From assembly GCA_964016885.1 (NCBI GenBank), contig OZ024743.1, positions 347,138,001-347,202,000 on the forward strand: a stretch of 64,000 nt of DNA, written 5' to 3'. Shown here piece after piece: positions 40,834-54,435 of this stretch. The notes below the pieces were generated by a model that worked only from the letters and a program-made list of their open reading frames with translations, searched no databases and was not told the DNA's origin. Numbering within the stretch: the stretch's first letter is position 1; each line of letters opens with the position of its first letter. The stretch comes from Eledone cirrhosa. Lineage: Eukaryota. Made by a program: the position numbers and the translations under genes.

Positions 40834-40859
40834 AATATACATATATATATATACATATA

Positions 40860-42330
40860 TATAGTGTGAAAAATGGTACGGGAACAAAACAAAGAGGCAG
40901 TACGAACAAAGGTTTATTAGTTTCACGCTCTTGAGATTGGGGTGATGGTGGGGAACGACGTCTCGGGAATAAGCCCTTCTTCAGGCGAAAAGTGTGTGGG
41001 AAGAGAGTTCCAAGGGTGTGTTGGGGTGTGGGGGAGAGACATTTAGAAAAAAAAGGGGGGGGGGAGGAAACGGTACAAATCAAAATAAATATAAAAACAA
41101 TACAAATAAAAATAAACATGAAGATAAACAAGTGGTGGAAGGTTGTTGGGCGTGTAAGGGTGGTGGCGGGTGGAGTGTGGAGAGGGAGGCGGGGTGTCCG
41201 AGCGGGGAGGGCTGAAGGTGGTGTGTGTGTTTAGGTGTACGTGTGTGTGTGTGTGTGTATGTGAATGTGAGAGTTGGGGGAAGAACGGAGTTCCATGTTC
41301 AGGAATAGGTGTGTGGTGTGTGGGGTGTAGGTCGGTGTGTGTGTGCGTGTGTGGATGGGGAGGGGTCAGAGGGGTAGGGTAGGGGGAGAGGATTCCGGAG
41401 TCTGAGTGTGTAAATATGTGGTGGTACGCACGTGTGTCTGGTGTTTATACGTATTGTGGATGTAAGTGGCATGTGGGAAAAAAAATTGTTTTTGAGTGTA
41501 TGTCCGTGGGTAACTTCCTAAGGTAGTTCCGTAGAGGGTGTGGTGGGTTGCCGTGATGGAGTTGATTCGCGGGAGCGAGATCCAATGAGTGAAATCCGTG
41601 GTTGGGTTAGTCGGAAGAGGGGAGATGTGGGGTGCGCGCGCAACAGGAAGTGGTCAGAGGATCAAGGCAGGAGGAGGGTTGTGTGTCTGTGTGTGCGGAG
41701 AGGTGGTCAGAGGGTCAGGGCACGGCAGCAGTAGGGGAGATTGGCAGGAGGAGAAAGTCGGTGTCAGTGTGTGCGGAGGTGCGGTGGACAGGGGAAAGGA
41801 TGGGTACGTGTGAAAGGTGGGAGTGGGGAAGGGGGTGTATTAGTAGAGGTGTTAGTGGGATGTGTGTGTATGAAGGGGTGTGGGTGGAACGGGGGAGGGA
41901 GAGGGAGAGAAAAGTGTGGGCGCCGGTGCAGGGAGTGTAGTGTACTGGTGTGTGTGTGTGCATGTTTGGATGAGTGTGTTTGTGGTGTTAGTGGGTGTTA
42001 GTATACTGGTGGTGGGGAAAGGGTTGAATACGGGTGTGTTAGTGGGGGTCAGTGGTGGTAGGGTGTGTAGAGTGGGTGGTGTAAGTGGGTGTGGGTGGGT
42101 GGGTGTTTTCGTGTGCGTGGGGTCGTGGTGTGTGTTAGTGGTATTAGTTGTGTGGTGGTGGGAGTGGATGTTTGGGTGAGGGTTAGTGGTGGTAGTAGGG
42201 TGTGTGGTTAGTGTGAGTGCGTGTATATATCTACCGGTGAGTGTGTGCGTGATAGGGGGAAGCGGCGGGGGAGAAGAGATGTTGGTTTTGTTAGTTAGAT
42301 ATATATATAAGTAGAAGGGATATTTAATTT
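40860..42330 (-). mobile_element. Probable highly decayed Neptune-type PLE 3' part
   Basis: C/A-rich minus strand like the PLE-3 sense strand. Hammerhead relic ctgaaga-agggcttattccc-gaga-cgtcg at 40950-40990. Only faint GIY-YIG-like peptides. Confidence 0.4.
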
Positions 42331-42483
42331 TTTGGAAATTCAACAAATATAAATGTTTATAACTGATTCAGAGCACTCGACAGTTTTGGACTAAATATTC
42401 AATGATATTAAATAAATCCAAGGAAAATTCAACTGATAAGGTATGTTACCTTGGCTATGTCAAAATTTATCAAACACAATTTG

Positions 42484-42545
42484 TATTTTATCTGATGAAA
42501 GCGTACCAAAGTATTTCGTACCCTTGAAATATATATAATAGAATA
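42484..42545 (+). ncRNA. Type I hammerhead ribozyme
   Basis: Stem I tattttat/atagaata, CTGATGA, stem II aagcgtac/gtaccctt, GAAA, palindromic tatata, AUA triplet. Confidence 0.8.
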
Positions 42546-42673
42546 AATATGGTTTTATAAATATAGTTTCCATTTATTTAATATCATTGTATATATATTT
42601 ATATATATATAAGTTATTCCGGAGCTAACCACAGTAGGTAAGGTACTCAATACATAGTAGAGTATAAATGTTT

Positions 42674-42774
<101 letters not shown>

Positions 42775-44316
42775 GTGTGTATGTATATATAAATATATAT
42801 AATATTTATGCGCATTGTGACCACTGATGTCTAAACATAGCTGCTAGTCTAGTCCTTCTAATAATCAACAGAATATGTATATTTCTACGTACACACTTAT
42901 ATGCGCTTATCTGCGCCACTGGTACACTGTGAGTTGAGATCCCTGTTAAAATGTCTGATTCGAATTTTATTTGCTGTTGGAAAGTTGATTTATGAAGCGA
43001 GTGTTTAGGAAAAGTTTAGGCTTGATGGTATTGGATAGGGTTGTGAAAGAAAAAATAATATATATGCATAAGGCACACATATATATATATACACACACAC
43101 ACACTCTCACCCCCCCCCCCCACACACACACACTCCCAAACACATACACACATATATATATATATATTTATTTGTTTATGTGAGTGTGTGAGTTTGTGTG
43201 TCTCTCAAGGTTGATCGGGAAGAAAGTTCAATACATTAGCAGAGAGATACATATTTATTTTATATAGAAATGGCTTCTACATGATTAGAAATGTTTCCGA
43301 CATACGCATACCCACACACACACATACACACACACACACACATATATATATATTTATTTATTTATTTATTTATGAGTGTGTGTACGTGTGTATGCGTATG
43401 TCTGAGTATGGACATGGGGTACACATGTACATGTTCATAAATCTGTATGTGTGTGTGCATATATACATACTTATATATTTTGTATTTCTTATTCAAATGT
43501 AAAATGTACCTCCAATGACCCTTTTAGGGTTTTCAAGACTAATGGTAGCGAGGTATAGTATAGAGAGGAAAGTTTCCTTAAACTGAAGACGGGGTTAAAA
43601 TGGTGCAAATGCTTCTACTATACATAAATACAACTAATGTCCAGATTTTTGGAATAAAAAGGGGGACCATTTTACCCAACAATAAAAGTAAACCACAGTG
43701 ATATTTTAGAATGTAATTTAACAGAGCAAATTAAAATATATGTACCCGTATGTATATACGTATGCATGTGTATACAGGTATGCAATGAAAATTAACGCCA
43801 TAATGCTATACATATTGACATTATTAAAAATAACAATGAGGATTTTTATAGTTAACATCATTATTATCATAATAATGTTTTCTTCATTGACGTAGAGAAG
43901 ATAACGCATCAGTAATATGGACACATGATTAATGTTAGATCTAAGGAAATGTATTGAAATTTTTTTTTTAAATATGAAAGCAACAGTTTCAAGAATACTT
44001 ACATGTTGCTAACAGACGACATATGCGTGCCGTACATTAGTTGCAGCACCGGAAGTATATGGAAGATGAAAGTTTGGTTGCAGTGTCTTTAGTATTATCT
44101 GTGTTGTTATTATTATAACTATTGTTATTATTAGCAGTGGTAGTAGTATTAATAGTAGATTTTATTGTTTTCGTTATTTTTGTAAAGTAGATTGTGTTAG
44201 TGAGATTTCTGGGCATAGTAGTGGACGTACCACAATGCATGCACATATAATGATGGCGTGAGAACAAAACTTTCAACAATAATTCTTCAAAATGACTGCG
44301 GCCATGTTCGCGGACG

Positions 44317-44378
<62 letters not shown>

Positions 44379-44472
44379 TCGCTCTCTCTCTCTATCTCTC
44401 TCTCTCTCTTTCTCTGTATCACTCTCGTTCTCCCTCTCTTACTCTCTCTCTCTATATAGAGAGATATATAGA

Positions 44473-44520
<48 letters not shown>

Positions 44521-44553
44521 TACATACATATAAAGTAATAACTATCTATCTCC

Positions 44554-44599
<46 letters not shown>

Positions 44600-44610
44600 A
44601 TATATTTCAT

Positions 44611-44664
<54 letters not shown>

Positions 44665-45057
44665 TTGCATTTGTATGTTCTCCGTATATGTAAGCGTGTG
44701 CAGGTTATATTATATTTCAACATTTCGTGCGCATTTTAAACGTAAATATTTATGAGAATATATCATCGATACATCTCAAAAGATAGCCTCAAAATACATC
44801 TATGTATACACGATATCATATACACATATCTTTCTTTTGTTTGTCTTTCATCTACACGTGTATACAATTATCTCTACAAACACACGCACATTTCACTTTC
44901 CATCTATGTTAAATTTTATGTATGAACATGTCCGATTATGTATACACAAACATATATTCATCGATTCAAAAACACACGCAAATATCATATATAAACATAT
45001 ACATACATCCATGGGTATATCTAAGCAAATACACACGCAATATCTCAGATATGTCAC

Positions 45058-45058
<1 letters not shown>

Positions 45059-45155
<97 letters not shown>

Positions 45156-45160
45156 GAGAG
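45059..45160. repeat. (GA)n microsatellite
   Basis: Direct reading. Confidence 0.95.
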
Positions 45161-45406
45161 ACGCATACATACACAATCACACACACATACGCACATTCAC
45201 ATAAATACAAGTATACGGATTCCCCCATAACACGCACACACAATTATGTATGTATTGTTTGTTTTGTTTCTTTCATGTTGAAATATGTTATACCGTGTGC
45301 AACTACAATTGAAATCTGCAAAAAGTAAATAAATGAAAATAAACAAAATGGCGCTCACTTCAACATCAATAACAAAAACTACAATACCCAAAATAACAAC
45401 TGCAAC

Positions 45407-45855
45407 ATGATGATGATGATGATGGTTATGATGATGATGATGATGATGGTGATGGTGATGATGATGATGATGATGGCGATGGTGGTGATGATGATGATGA
45501 TGATGGTGATGATGGTAATGATGATGACGATGATGATGATGATGGCGACGATGGTGATGATGATGATGATGGCGATGATGATGACGATGATGGTGATGAC
45601 GATGATGGTGATGACGACGATAATGATGATGATGGCGTTGATGGTGGTGATGGTGATGGTGATGATGATGACGACGACGATGATGATTATGGCAATGATA
45701 GTGATGACGATAATAGTGATGATGATGATGATGTTGACGATGATGATGATGATGATGACGGTGGTGATGGTGGTTGTGGTGGTGGTGGTGGTGGTGGTGG
45801 TTGTGGTGGTGGTGGTGGTGTCCATGATTATGATGATGCTGGTGATGACGATGAC

Positions 45856-45898
<43 letters not shown>

Positions 45899-46130
45899 TC
45901 GGTGGTGGTGGTGGTGATGATGATGATGATGATAATAACGACGACGACGATGATAGACGATGGTGATTTTGATGTTGATGGCGATTTTGCTGATGACTAT
46001 GTTGATGATGATGATGATGATGATAATATGATGATGGTGATGAACATGATTGCGACGACGACGACGACGACAACAACACCAACAATAAAAACAACAACAC
46101 CAACAACAACAACAACAACAACAACATTTA
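45407..46130. repeat. Compound trinucleotide array (GAT/GGT/GAC/AAC)n, ~720 bp
   Basis: Direct reading; source of the poly-His/poly-Met pseudo-ORFs. Confidence 0.92.
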
Positions 46131-46557
46131 TTGACGATATTAGTGATTCTACTAAAAGTAATAAAAATACAGCCCAAGCCATAAAAAGAAACAAAACAAC
46201 AAAAAAAAAACGTGACAATATTTATATGATACGATCTTTTCCCCTACAAAATACTATATACGTGAGTTATGTTGATACAATATGTACTTCAATAGTGTTG
46301 GTTCCATAGTGAGGTTGAGAATTAGAACGGAATCCAATCGTTTCATGTGTTCTGTCTTCCTAGATTCCAGGAATATCAGACAATTCGTGAGTATCTGTCA
46401 TGTCTGAGATCTTTTGGTGTACTTCGAGGTTCCGACATGACCTCCCTCCTATCTTTGATCATACTATGTTTTGTTTTATTGTTGCGGAGCTTCTGTGTAC
46501 ATTTAATGTTTTTTTTTTTTGTGTTTGTGTGCATGTGTATTTGTGTACAACCATGTA

Positions 46558-46604
<47 letters not shown>

Positions 46605-46606
<2 letters not shown>

Positions 46607-46730
46607 CGTTTCTGAATTTGTTTAGCAAGATTTTTATCTGAAAACGTGTGTTGAAACCGATATTGTTATAGTTTGGGAGGGTCATGTTCCCAATAAAAAA
46701 CACACGCACCAGTTGCTTCACTTCAATTTA
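46605..46730 (-). mobile_element. Solo fragment of the PLE-2 pseudo-LTR tail
   Basis: Reverse complement matches ~13100-13221 (gggagggtcatg..ccaataa, atctgaaaacg). Confidence 0.7.
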
Positions 46731-46737
46731 TTATATA

Positions 46738-48678
46738 CTAGCAGATTTACCCAGCGTTGCTCGGGGTTTGAAATTATGCTAAGAATATACAGCTAGGAAG
46801 TAAAAGAAGAACATTATTTGTCCCCAACCTGTCAAAATAAGCAGAAGTCTTCAATAATTAATGCAAACGAATATTTAGTGCAATCTTTGTACACAGAAAA
46901 CTATGCTGATAATGAAGGAAAACACTGAACAGGATGTAATTATACAAATGATTAAAGACACAATACACGTTGCAAATCTGTAAAAAAAACAGGCAGTTTT
47001 GCTAAAGTACAAAAAGTTGTAATGAAAGCAGTGTTGTATACAAACAAAAAAAACATTGAGAGTAGAATAAGAGAAAATCTATTCTTTGAGCACATCCTTT
47101 GCTGTGTATGGTTAAATTTTTAACTTATAATCCAAAATATCCTGCATGACATATTAATTGGTATGTTTTGTAATTAGTAAGGTGAAGTCAAGGCAGAGCT
47201 GTAATAAGTTTTTTTGTTAACACTAAAGCACTTCAGGATAGACGATATTCTTTGTTTTTCTTTTCGGAACAAACGCAAAGAGATTATCTCGACTGCCAAC
47301 TCGTGAGCGGACGTTTTGCACCGAAAAGGTCATTTGAAACGCAATGTTATACTGTCGGATATGCTTCAGAAAATCACGTGGTTAGAAGCATCTGGAGAGG
47401 TTGCGGTGGTTCCCTAAGGGTGGGAAAATTAACCTTACTATTGGAGCAGCACATTCCAGCTGATTACCCCCCCCCCCCACACACACACTTTTAGCTTTAC
47501 AATGTTGGCAAGTATTTGACATGGCATATATTTGAATATCAGGATGGATTTGATAGTTTACATTAGGGTCATAATTAACTGCCTTAAGGTACCACCGTGA
47601 GCGTGATGCCTTTGAAATACCCCGCGATAAAGTTCTACGTTGAGCGTTACCCTCCAGCCGAATAGCTCGACTTGTTACAGTCTCTACAGCTCGTGCCGTA
47701 GCAGTAGCTGAAGCATTTCTCAAATGCCGACTTTGACGTTCTTGCTCAGTCTCAATTGCTCTTTTTGTACTGTCTCTGCAGATCTTGCTGCAGCAGTATT
47801 TGTAGCATCCATAGCAAGGCGTGTTTCACTTGCTCTGTAATCTCTGCAGCTCATGCTGCAGCAGTTGCTTTAGCATTATTGGTTCGCCGCACTAACAGAA
47901 GCTCAGCGGCGGACAAAGATGTTGCAATAACTGTACTCACTGCATTTAGTGATTGTCTATTTTCGGTTATCGGCGGAGCGTCATTTACACGCATTGTTTT
48001 CTTCGACCAATAGCCAATATGTGCATACTTTCTTTTACATATTTGGTGAAAAGTTGTAAATCAAAATGTATGAATTGAAGCGTTACAGTTAACTTTGAAA
48101 GTGTAACACTTTTTTTTTGTATCAACATGGCTTATGAAAGTTTTAAAAATGTAAAAGTTGTAGGTCCCAATGGTTTGAATGGAAAGTCCCATAACGATTG
48201 TTCTAAAAATAAAGAAACCATCATCAAAATCTCGTCAATTCGAGACTGCTGCGAGATTAGGCCCTTAACACGAACATTAACACTTAATATAGTGAAACAA
48301 GTTAAAACAACAAGTGTTTTTTTAACTTTGAAAATGCTGCAACAAAGAATAAACAAGAAACAAACGATAATATTAGTGATTTATCTTCAAATGAATGTGA
48401 TGTTTATATTTCTGAAAAGTTGGTTATCTCCCTTTTTATAAGGATTGTCAATAAAGTTTGTTATCTCCCTTACATCAATTTTTCTACCGATAATATTGAT
48501 ATCGAATTTGATTGCTCAACGTGGATCGATTTGAAAAATGTTTGTGATGTGAAAACCTTAGCGACCTGTGCAACGTGCACAGAAAATTTGGTCAAATTCA
48601 GTTGTATACAAATTTGTATACAAATTTGTACACAGACACACACACATCCTCGCTTTTATATATATAAATATATATAGA
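46738..48678 (-). mobile_element. Non-autonomous Helitron (deletion derivative)
   Basis: 3' CTAG (46738-46741) preceded by hairpin cccgagc-aac-gctggg and followed by T. 5' end tc/tt-tatatatataaaagcg (exact base uncertain). Internal Rep N-terminal remnant. Confidence 0.85.
47300..48040 (-). pseudogene. Helitron Rep/helicase N-terminal fragment
   Basis: NYDPNVNYQIHPDIQIYAMSNTCQHCKAK, then after a frameshift GMCCSNSKVNFPTLREPPQPLQMLL and FLKHIRQYNIAFQMT. Confidence 0.82.
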
Positions 48679-49599
48679 GAAAGAGGGATGGGGAGTGAGA
48701 GATACAGAGACAGACAGAGAGAGTTATATGCACCATGTAATGATATTATTATATAGGCATTTTCACTACACAGTTATATATTCACATATATATATGTATG
48801 CATGTTTGTATATGTATGTCACTGGGTATGAAATTTGAAATGTATGCATCCCAACACAATATATAATCCATTTACTGTAAATATATTTAAGGAAATCGGG
48901 TAGAGTACCCTTAAGGTGGAGGCATCTTTCTGCACTTTTAGTGCGTCGCCAGGGGTGCCTTACTACCCTTTTTCAATTATTGCTTGCCTTGAGACGCGAA
49001 ACTTCTATATGCATTTATGCTTATTTTTATACCTACACTTATGGACACCGAACAATCGTGATACGCGAACTGCTTTCTTTGTATGTGTATGTGGGTGAGA
49101 GAGCGAATAACAACGAGGAAAAACAACACAGGGGAATGCTAGAGTAAAATGAACGTAATATAAGTTTAAGGTTTGATTAGAGATAGAATCATAACGGTTA
49201 GAACGTTAGTCCTTCATCAGATGACATTAAGAAGACAGGGAAACAAAATTAAAGGAAGGAAGCACCTATGTGTTTAGTCAGCCATTTTAGTGCACGACAC
49301 AATGTACCTTGCATATGAGAGAATTATAAAAAGGGAGATAAAATTTGTATCGTGCATTTTGAGTGTGTGTGTGTGCGTACGTGTGTGTTTGTGCATGTGT
49401 GTGTTTATGTGTGTGTGTCTTTGTTTATTTGTTTGTTTTTTGTCTAACAATTACATCAACTTATGACATGCTGCAGAGTTAAATATACAAGAACACACAC
49501 TCACAGGTAATGTTGATCATTGTGTGATACAGAGAAAGGAATATTGTAGCCCGTGCATGTACGCCACCACTTTCCATTTAATGAGTATGGGTGTAAGAA

Positions 49600-50450
49600 A
49601 TATCTTAATACATCGCGTACGACGAAACAGTATTAGCGCAAACTGCAGAACTCCGAAGCATGTTTTCTCGACGTGGGGTGGAATAAAACTAGGATGGGGT
49701 AGGTGATCTGGATATATACTGGGAAGCATTTACATCCGAAGTAGACTTAACTCTTCAATAGGCCGCTCGCGAACACAGTACTACATACAGGCGTCTCTAG
49801 TAACATATTACTTATGACGTCATGCCACTGATTATTTGTGTGACTCATTCCCTCTATGCTGATCGCCACTAAGACTTCCGGTGTGCTCCGTTTTCCTCAG
49901 ATAAAGGAGGAGAGTATCACACCCGACGAAGAAGCTTCTTCAGATGGAATGTTGAATGCATTCAATATCACTTGCTTTTTGCACGATAAATCTGATATTG
50001 AAAATCCCTTCCCTGGAGCCCACCCTCCTTCTAAAACACAGTTGTTCATCTGCACACTGTTCTTCTACCGTTCTCTGCGCTTTCTCTCAGAGAGGATCTT
50101 GTTAGGGTGGCTAATGAGAGCGATCGTATGGTTTTTCTGTACATTCCGTTGTTCCAGCAATCTTTGATATGGGAATAAAAACTGCCATTTTCAATCGGCA
50201 GGGCACACGCCTGTTTCTACAATTCTATTGCATAGTCAATACAATATCCTAAACATTGTTTCGTTGTCTGTTCTTAAAAGCTCTGGAGGCAGGTCATCGA
50301 TACATCAACTTTTTGGTTAGTTACCTTCCCATTCTTTTGATAAAAAATTTCCACCATACTGCATCCAGCTTTTAAGAATCTCCTGAAGATCAGTCAAGAC
50401 CTTTCCTTCATCGTCCCCAATGTTTCTTCGTTTTTCATGGAAGCCTTTTT
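49600..50450 (-). pseudogene. Decayed RTE-type RT fragment
   Basis: TIALISHPNKIL, DEQLCFRRRVGSREGIFNIRFIVQK and RRGVILSS across frameshifts. Confidence 0.6.
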
Positions 50451-50796
50451 TTAGACATATAATGATGCAGTATGCCTTCTGTATATTGTGTCTCTCGAAA
50501 ATAATATATATATAAATTCACCGCAGCCATACATGGGTTCAAAATCCGTACGGTGAAACAGTATGGTTAGCGTATTTGTTGTTGAACTCACACACACATA
50601 CACACACACACATATATATATGTATATATACGTATTACATTATATTCATCATATTCGTGTTTATATATGTGTGTGGAGATGTGTGAGTGAATGTTTTTAC
50701 TTACAATACACCTAATTACAAAATAGAGTATTGTACATATGTACATGATTGTGATTAAATGTATAATACAGGCAATTATGTTTATAGAGTAAGTAC

Positions 50797-50870
<74 letters not shown>

Positions 50871-50994
50871 ATAGAAATCGAGAGAGAGGATATATGTGTG
50901 TATGTGCGTATATATTTTGGGTATATAATGGTCATATGTACAAATATGAATATATAACTACGTATAATGTGTGTGTCTATTTACACACACGTAC

Positions 50995-51076
<82 letters not shown>

Positions 51077-51426
51077 ATATATATATACGCATACATTTAC
51101 ATGTATCAGGTTTCCTAATAAAACAAAGACGCCTTTATAAAAACGCCAACGAAAACAAAGACATGTATAATTTTGAGTAATATTATATTTATTAGCAGAA
51201 ATATGGCCTTTATTAGACAGATAATTACGGAAATTATCATCATTTTAGATGAACCCATAATGCCCTTCACCTAGAATTAACCGACTACTTGTAAATTAAT
51301 ATCTCAACCACCATCCCAATTATAATTATATACACACATCCACCCATTCCCATTCACATATCACATACCTATTTCACTCCTCAACATTCAGTTTTCCACG
51401 AATTTCTTGGATGTTTATACGTCTGT

Positions 51427-52034
<608 letters not shown>

Positions 52035-52361
52035 ATGTGCGTGCTTGCATTGTGTATGCATTATGCATATTTGTGTATGTATTTGTCAAAGTGTATTTGT
52101 GTATTTAATCTGGCTTGGTTTTGAGTTAATTGTCATTCTTTCGCTGCTAACTAAGTATCGTTGTTGTAAGCCAACTCCTTTTATTAAAAATGGTATGACT
52201 GTTTAGTTAGATAATTCAGTAAGTAGCAACTATTCTAGGATTAGTAATTATATGCTATTAAACGCAGGCACATACAAACACATACTTACACACACACATG
52301 TCTGTATATAAACAACCATGCACACTCATATATTTGTATATATATCTACACATATATAAGT

Positions 52362-52397
<36 letters not shown>

Positions 52398-52439
52398 TTA
52401 ATAAAGTTTCATACACTTAACATAGACATCTTTGTCCAC

Positions 52440-52524
52440 GTGCCTGAATGTAGGGCCAGTTTCAAAGTGCCTCCTCCATTATACAGTAGTGAAGTTAATT
52501 GGACGCCGAAACCGTTGGTAGCAC
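52440..52524 (+). ncRNA. Decayed hammerhead
   Basis: gtgc CTGAAtg...GAAA cc-gtt-gg TA gcac; stems I and III intact, core altered. Confidence 0.5.
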
Positions 52525-52624
52525 ATACATGTTAAATTTATGGAACTTTGTTTATATTATAATAAATAAGCAACAGATTGAGTATTGTTTTCCTTGATTT
52601 TTCATCTACGGATATCAAAGTACC

Positions 52625-52682
<58 letters not shown>

Positions 52683-52945
52683 TGTGTGTGTATACAATTA
52701 TATGTGTATATAATTGTGTAGAAGCAGGTGCTTGGTATTACATTCCCCTTGCAGTCAATCTCTTAATAGTGAGATAAATTATATAATGTCTTGTGCCTTG
52801 AAGTTGGTTAACGAAGTTTGCATAGAAGATTCTTAGACACGGTCACACACACACACACACACGAACACACACACGCACGCATACACACACACACATATGT
52901 ATATATGTATATATCTATATATATATATATAATTACTACAACGGA

Positions 52946-53035
52946 GTCCGACGAGCTTTTGATTCCAGAGACAGATTCCGGGACAGATCGATACAGATCG
53001 AACCTTAAGCTGATCAATAGCGAAACGCGCGTCAC
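52946..53035 (+). ncRNA. Decayed hammerhead (CCGACGA core)
   Basis: Stem II gcttttgat/atcaatagc, GAAA cgcgcg TC. Confidence 0.6.
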
Positions 53036-53090
53036 CAATCAATAAACGTAATGAAGGCTTAACAAATGGTCCTTGTATTATTATATTATA

Positions 53091-53283
53091 GGGCGGTGGA
53101 TTGGCAGTATCGGTAGAGGGTCGAACGCCATGCTTTGACGCATAGAATTACCGACCTTGCCATTCTGAGTTCAAATCCCACCGAGGTTAACTTTTCCTTT
53201 CATCCTTACGGGGTCGATAAAATAAAGTACCAGTAATGAACTGGGATAATTGCTGGCCTTGCGCCAAAAGTAGAAACAATTAT
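53091..53283 (+). mobile_element. Full-length tRNA-derived SINE with Nin/Deu-type core
   Basis: A box tggcagtatcgg, B box gagttcaaatcc, core cctttcatccttacggggtcgataaaataaagtacc; many copies at 60906-63452. Confidence 0.85.
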
Positions 53284-53386
53284 ATTACACTCTGTCTAGC
53301 TCTACACCTCACCACTGACGTGAACCTAAACATCGAGTGCTCACCTGGGTGAACCTACAGTAACTTCACGATGTATATATATATAC

Positions 53387-53500
<114 letters not shown>

Positions 53501-54141
53501 TAGAATAATATCCCTACAAATTGATGGTGTTTATAGTATAGATATTTCATTTAAACCTTCCCTGATCACAATATACTGTATTCTATGTAAAGTACATGAA
53601 TCCTCGATTTCCCTTGATCCTGTCCCCGCTGTCACGCGAGTAAACGCCGTATATTATTTTACAGCCATTTTCACAATTTCACAATTTTGTTCAGCAAACC
53701 CCTTTGTCTATCTCACTCCCTCTCTCTCTCTCAATCTCTCTTTCTCATTCCCTCTTATACACTCTCTCTATTTCTCACTCTCTCGCTCACGCTCTCTCTC
53801 TTTCTCTTTCTCTTTCTCTTTCTCTTTCTATCTCTCTATCTCTCTCTCTCTCTCTCCCTCTCTCTCACTATGTATCTATCTGTTTTTCACCCATTCTGTA
53901 TGTATGTCTGTCTTCGGAGTGCTATTTGGATTTGTACATATTGCGGATCTTGTTCAAAGTACACGCATAAAAAGAGTCAACTTAAAATAGATGCAGAATG
54001 AATAATAAGCTAGGTATGTAGAGAAACAGGTAAAGCGGTAGATAAGTAGTTAGATAGATATATAGTTAGGTAGGTAGATACATAGCTAGCTAGATAGATG
54101 GATAGATAGGTGAGAGGAAGGATGGATGGATGGTTGGATAA

Positions 54142-54195
<54 letters not shown>

Positions 54196-54435
54196 CTGTT
54201 TCTTTATTAGCCACGGGGGCACAAAAGAAGGGGACAAATACAAAGGGGGAAGTTTACATACAATAAAAACGTGTAAAATATTATCACAAATGCAATTTAA
54301 AAATTAGTCGATTGTCCCCAATAGGGGGAAACAGTTCATATGGGTAACACGTGCCCCCGAAAAAATGTGCAAACCCTCATCTCCAGGAGTACGAAGAGTT
54401 TGTACTCCCTTCCTCTCCTCCTCCTTTTCCTCAAC

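Noticed and set aside
45197-46309. 326-aa poly-His and 300-aa poly-Met ORFs
   Set aside because: Stop-free frames of a trinucleotide array, with no splice or domain context
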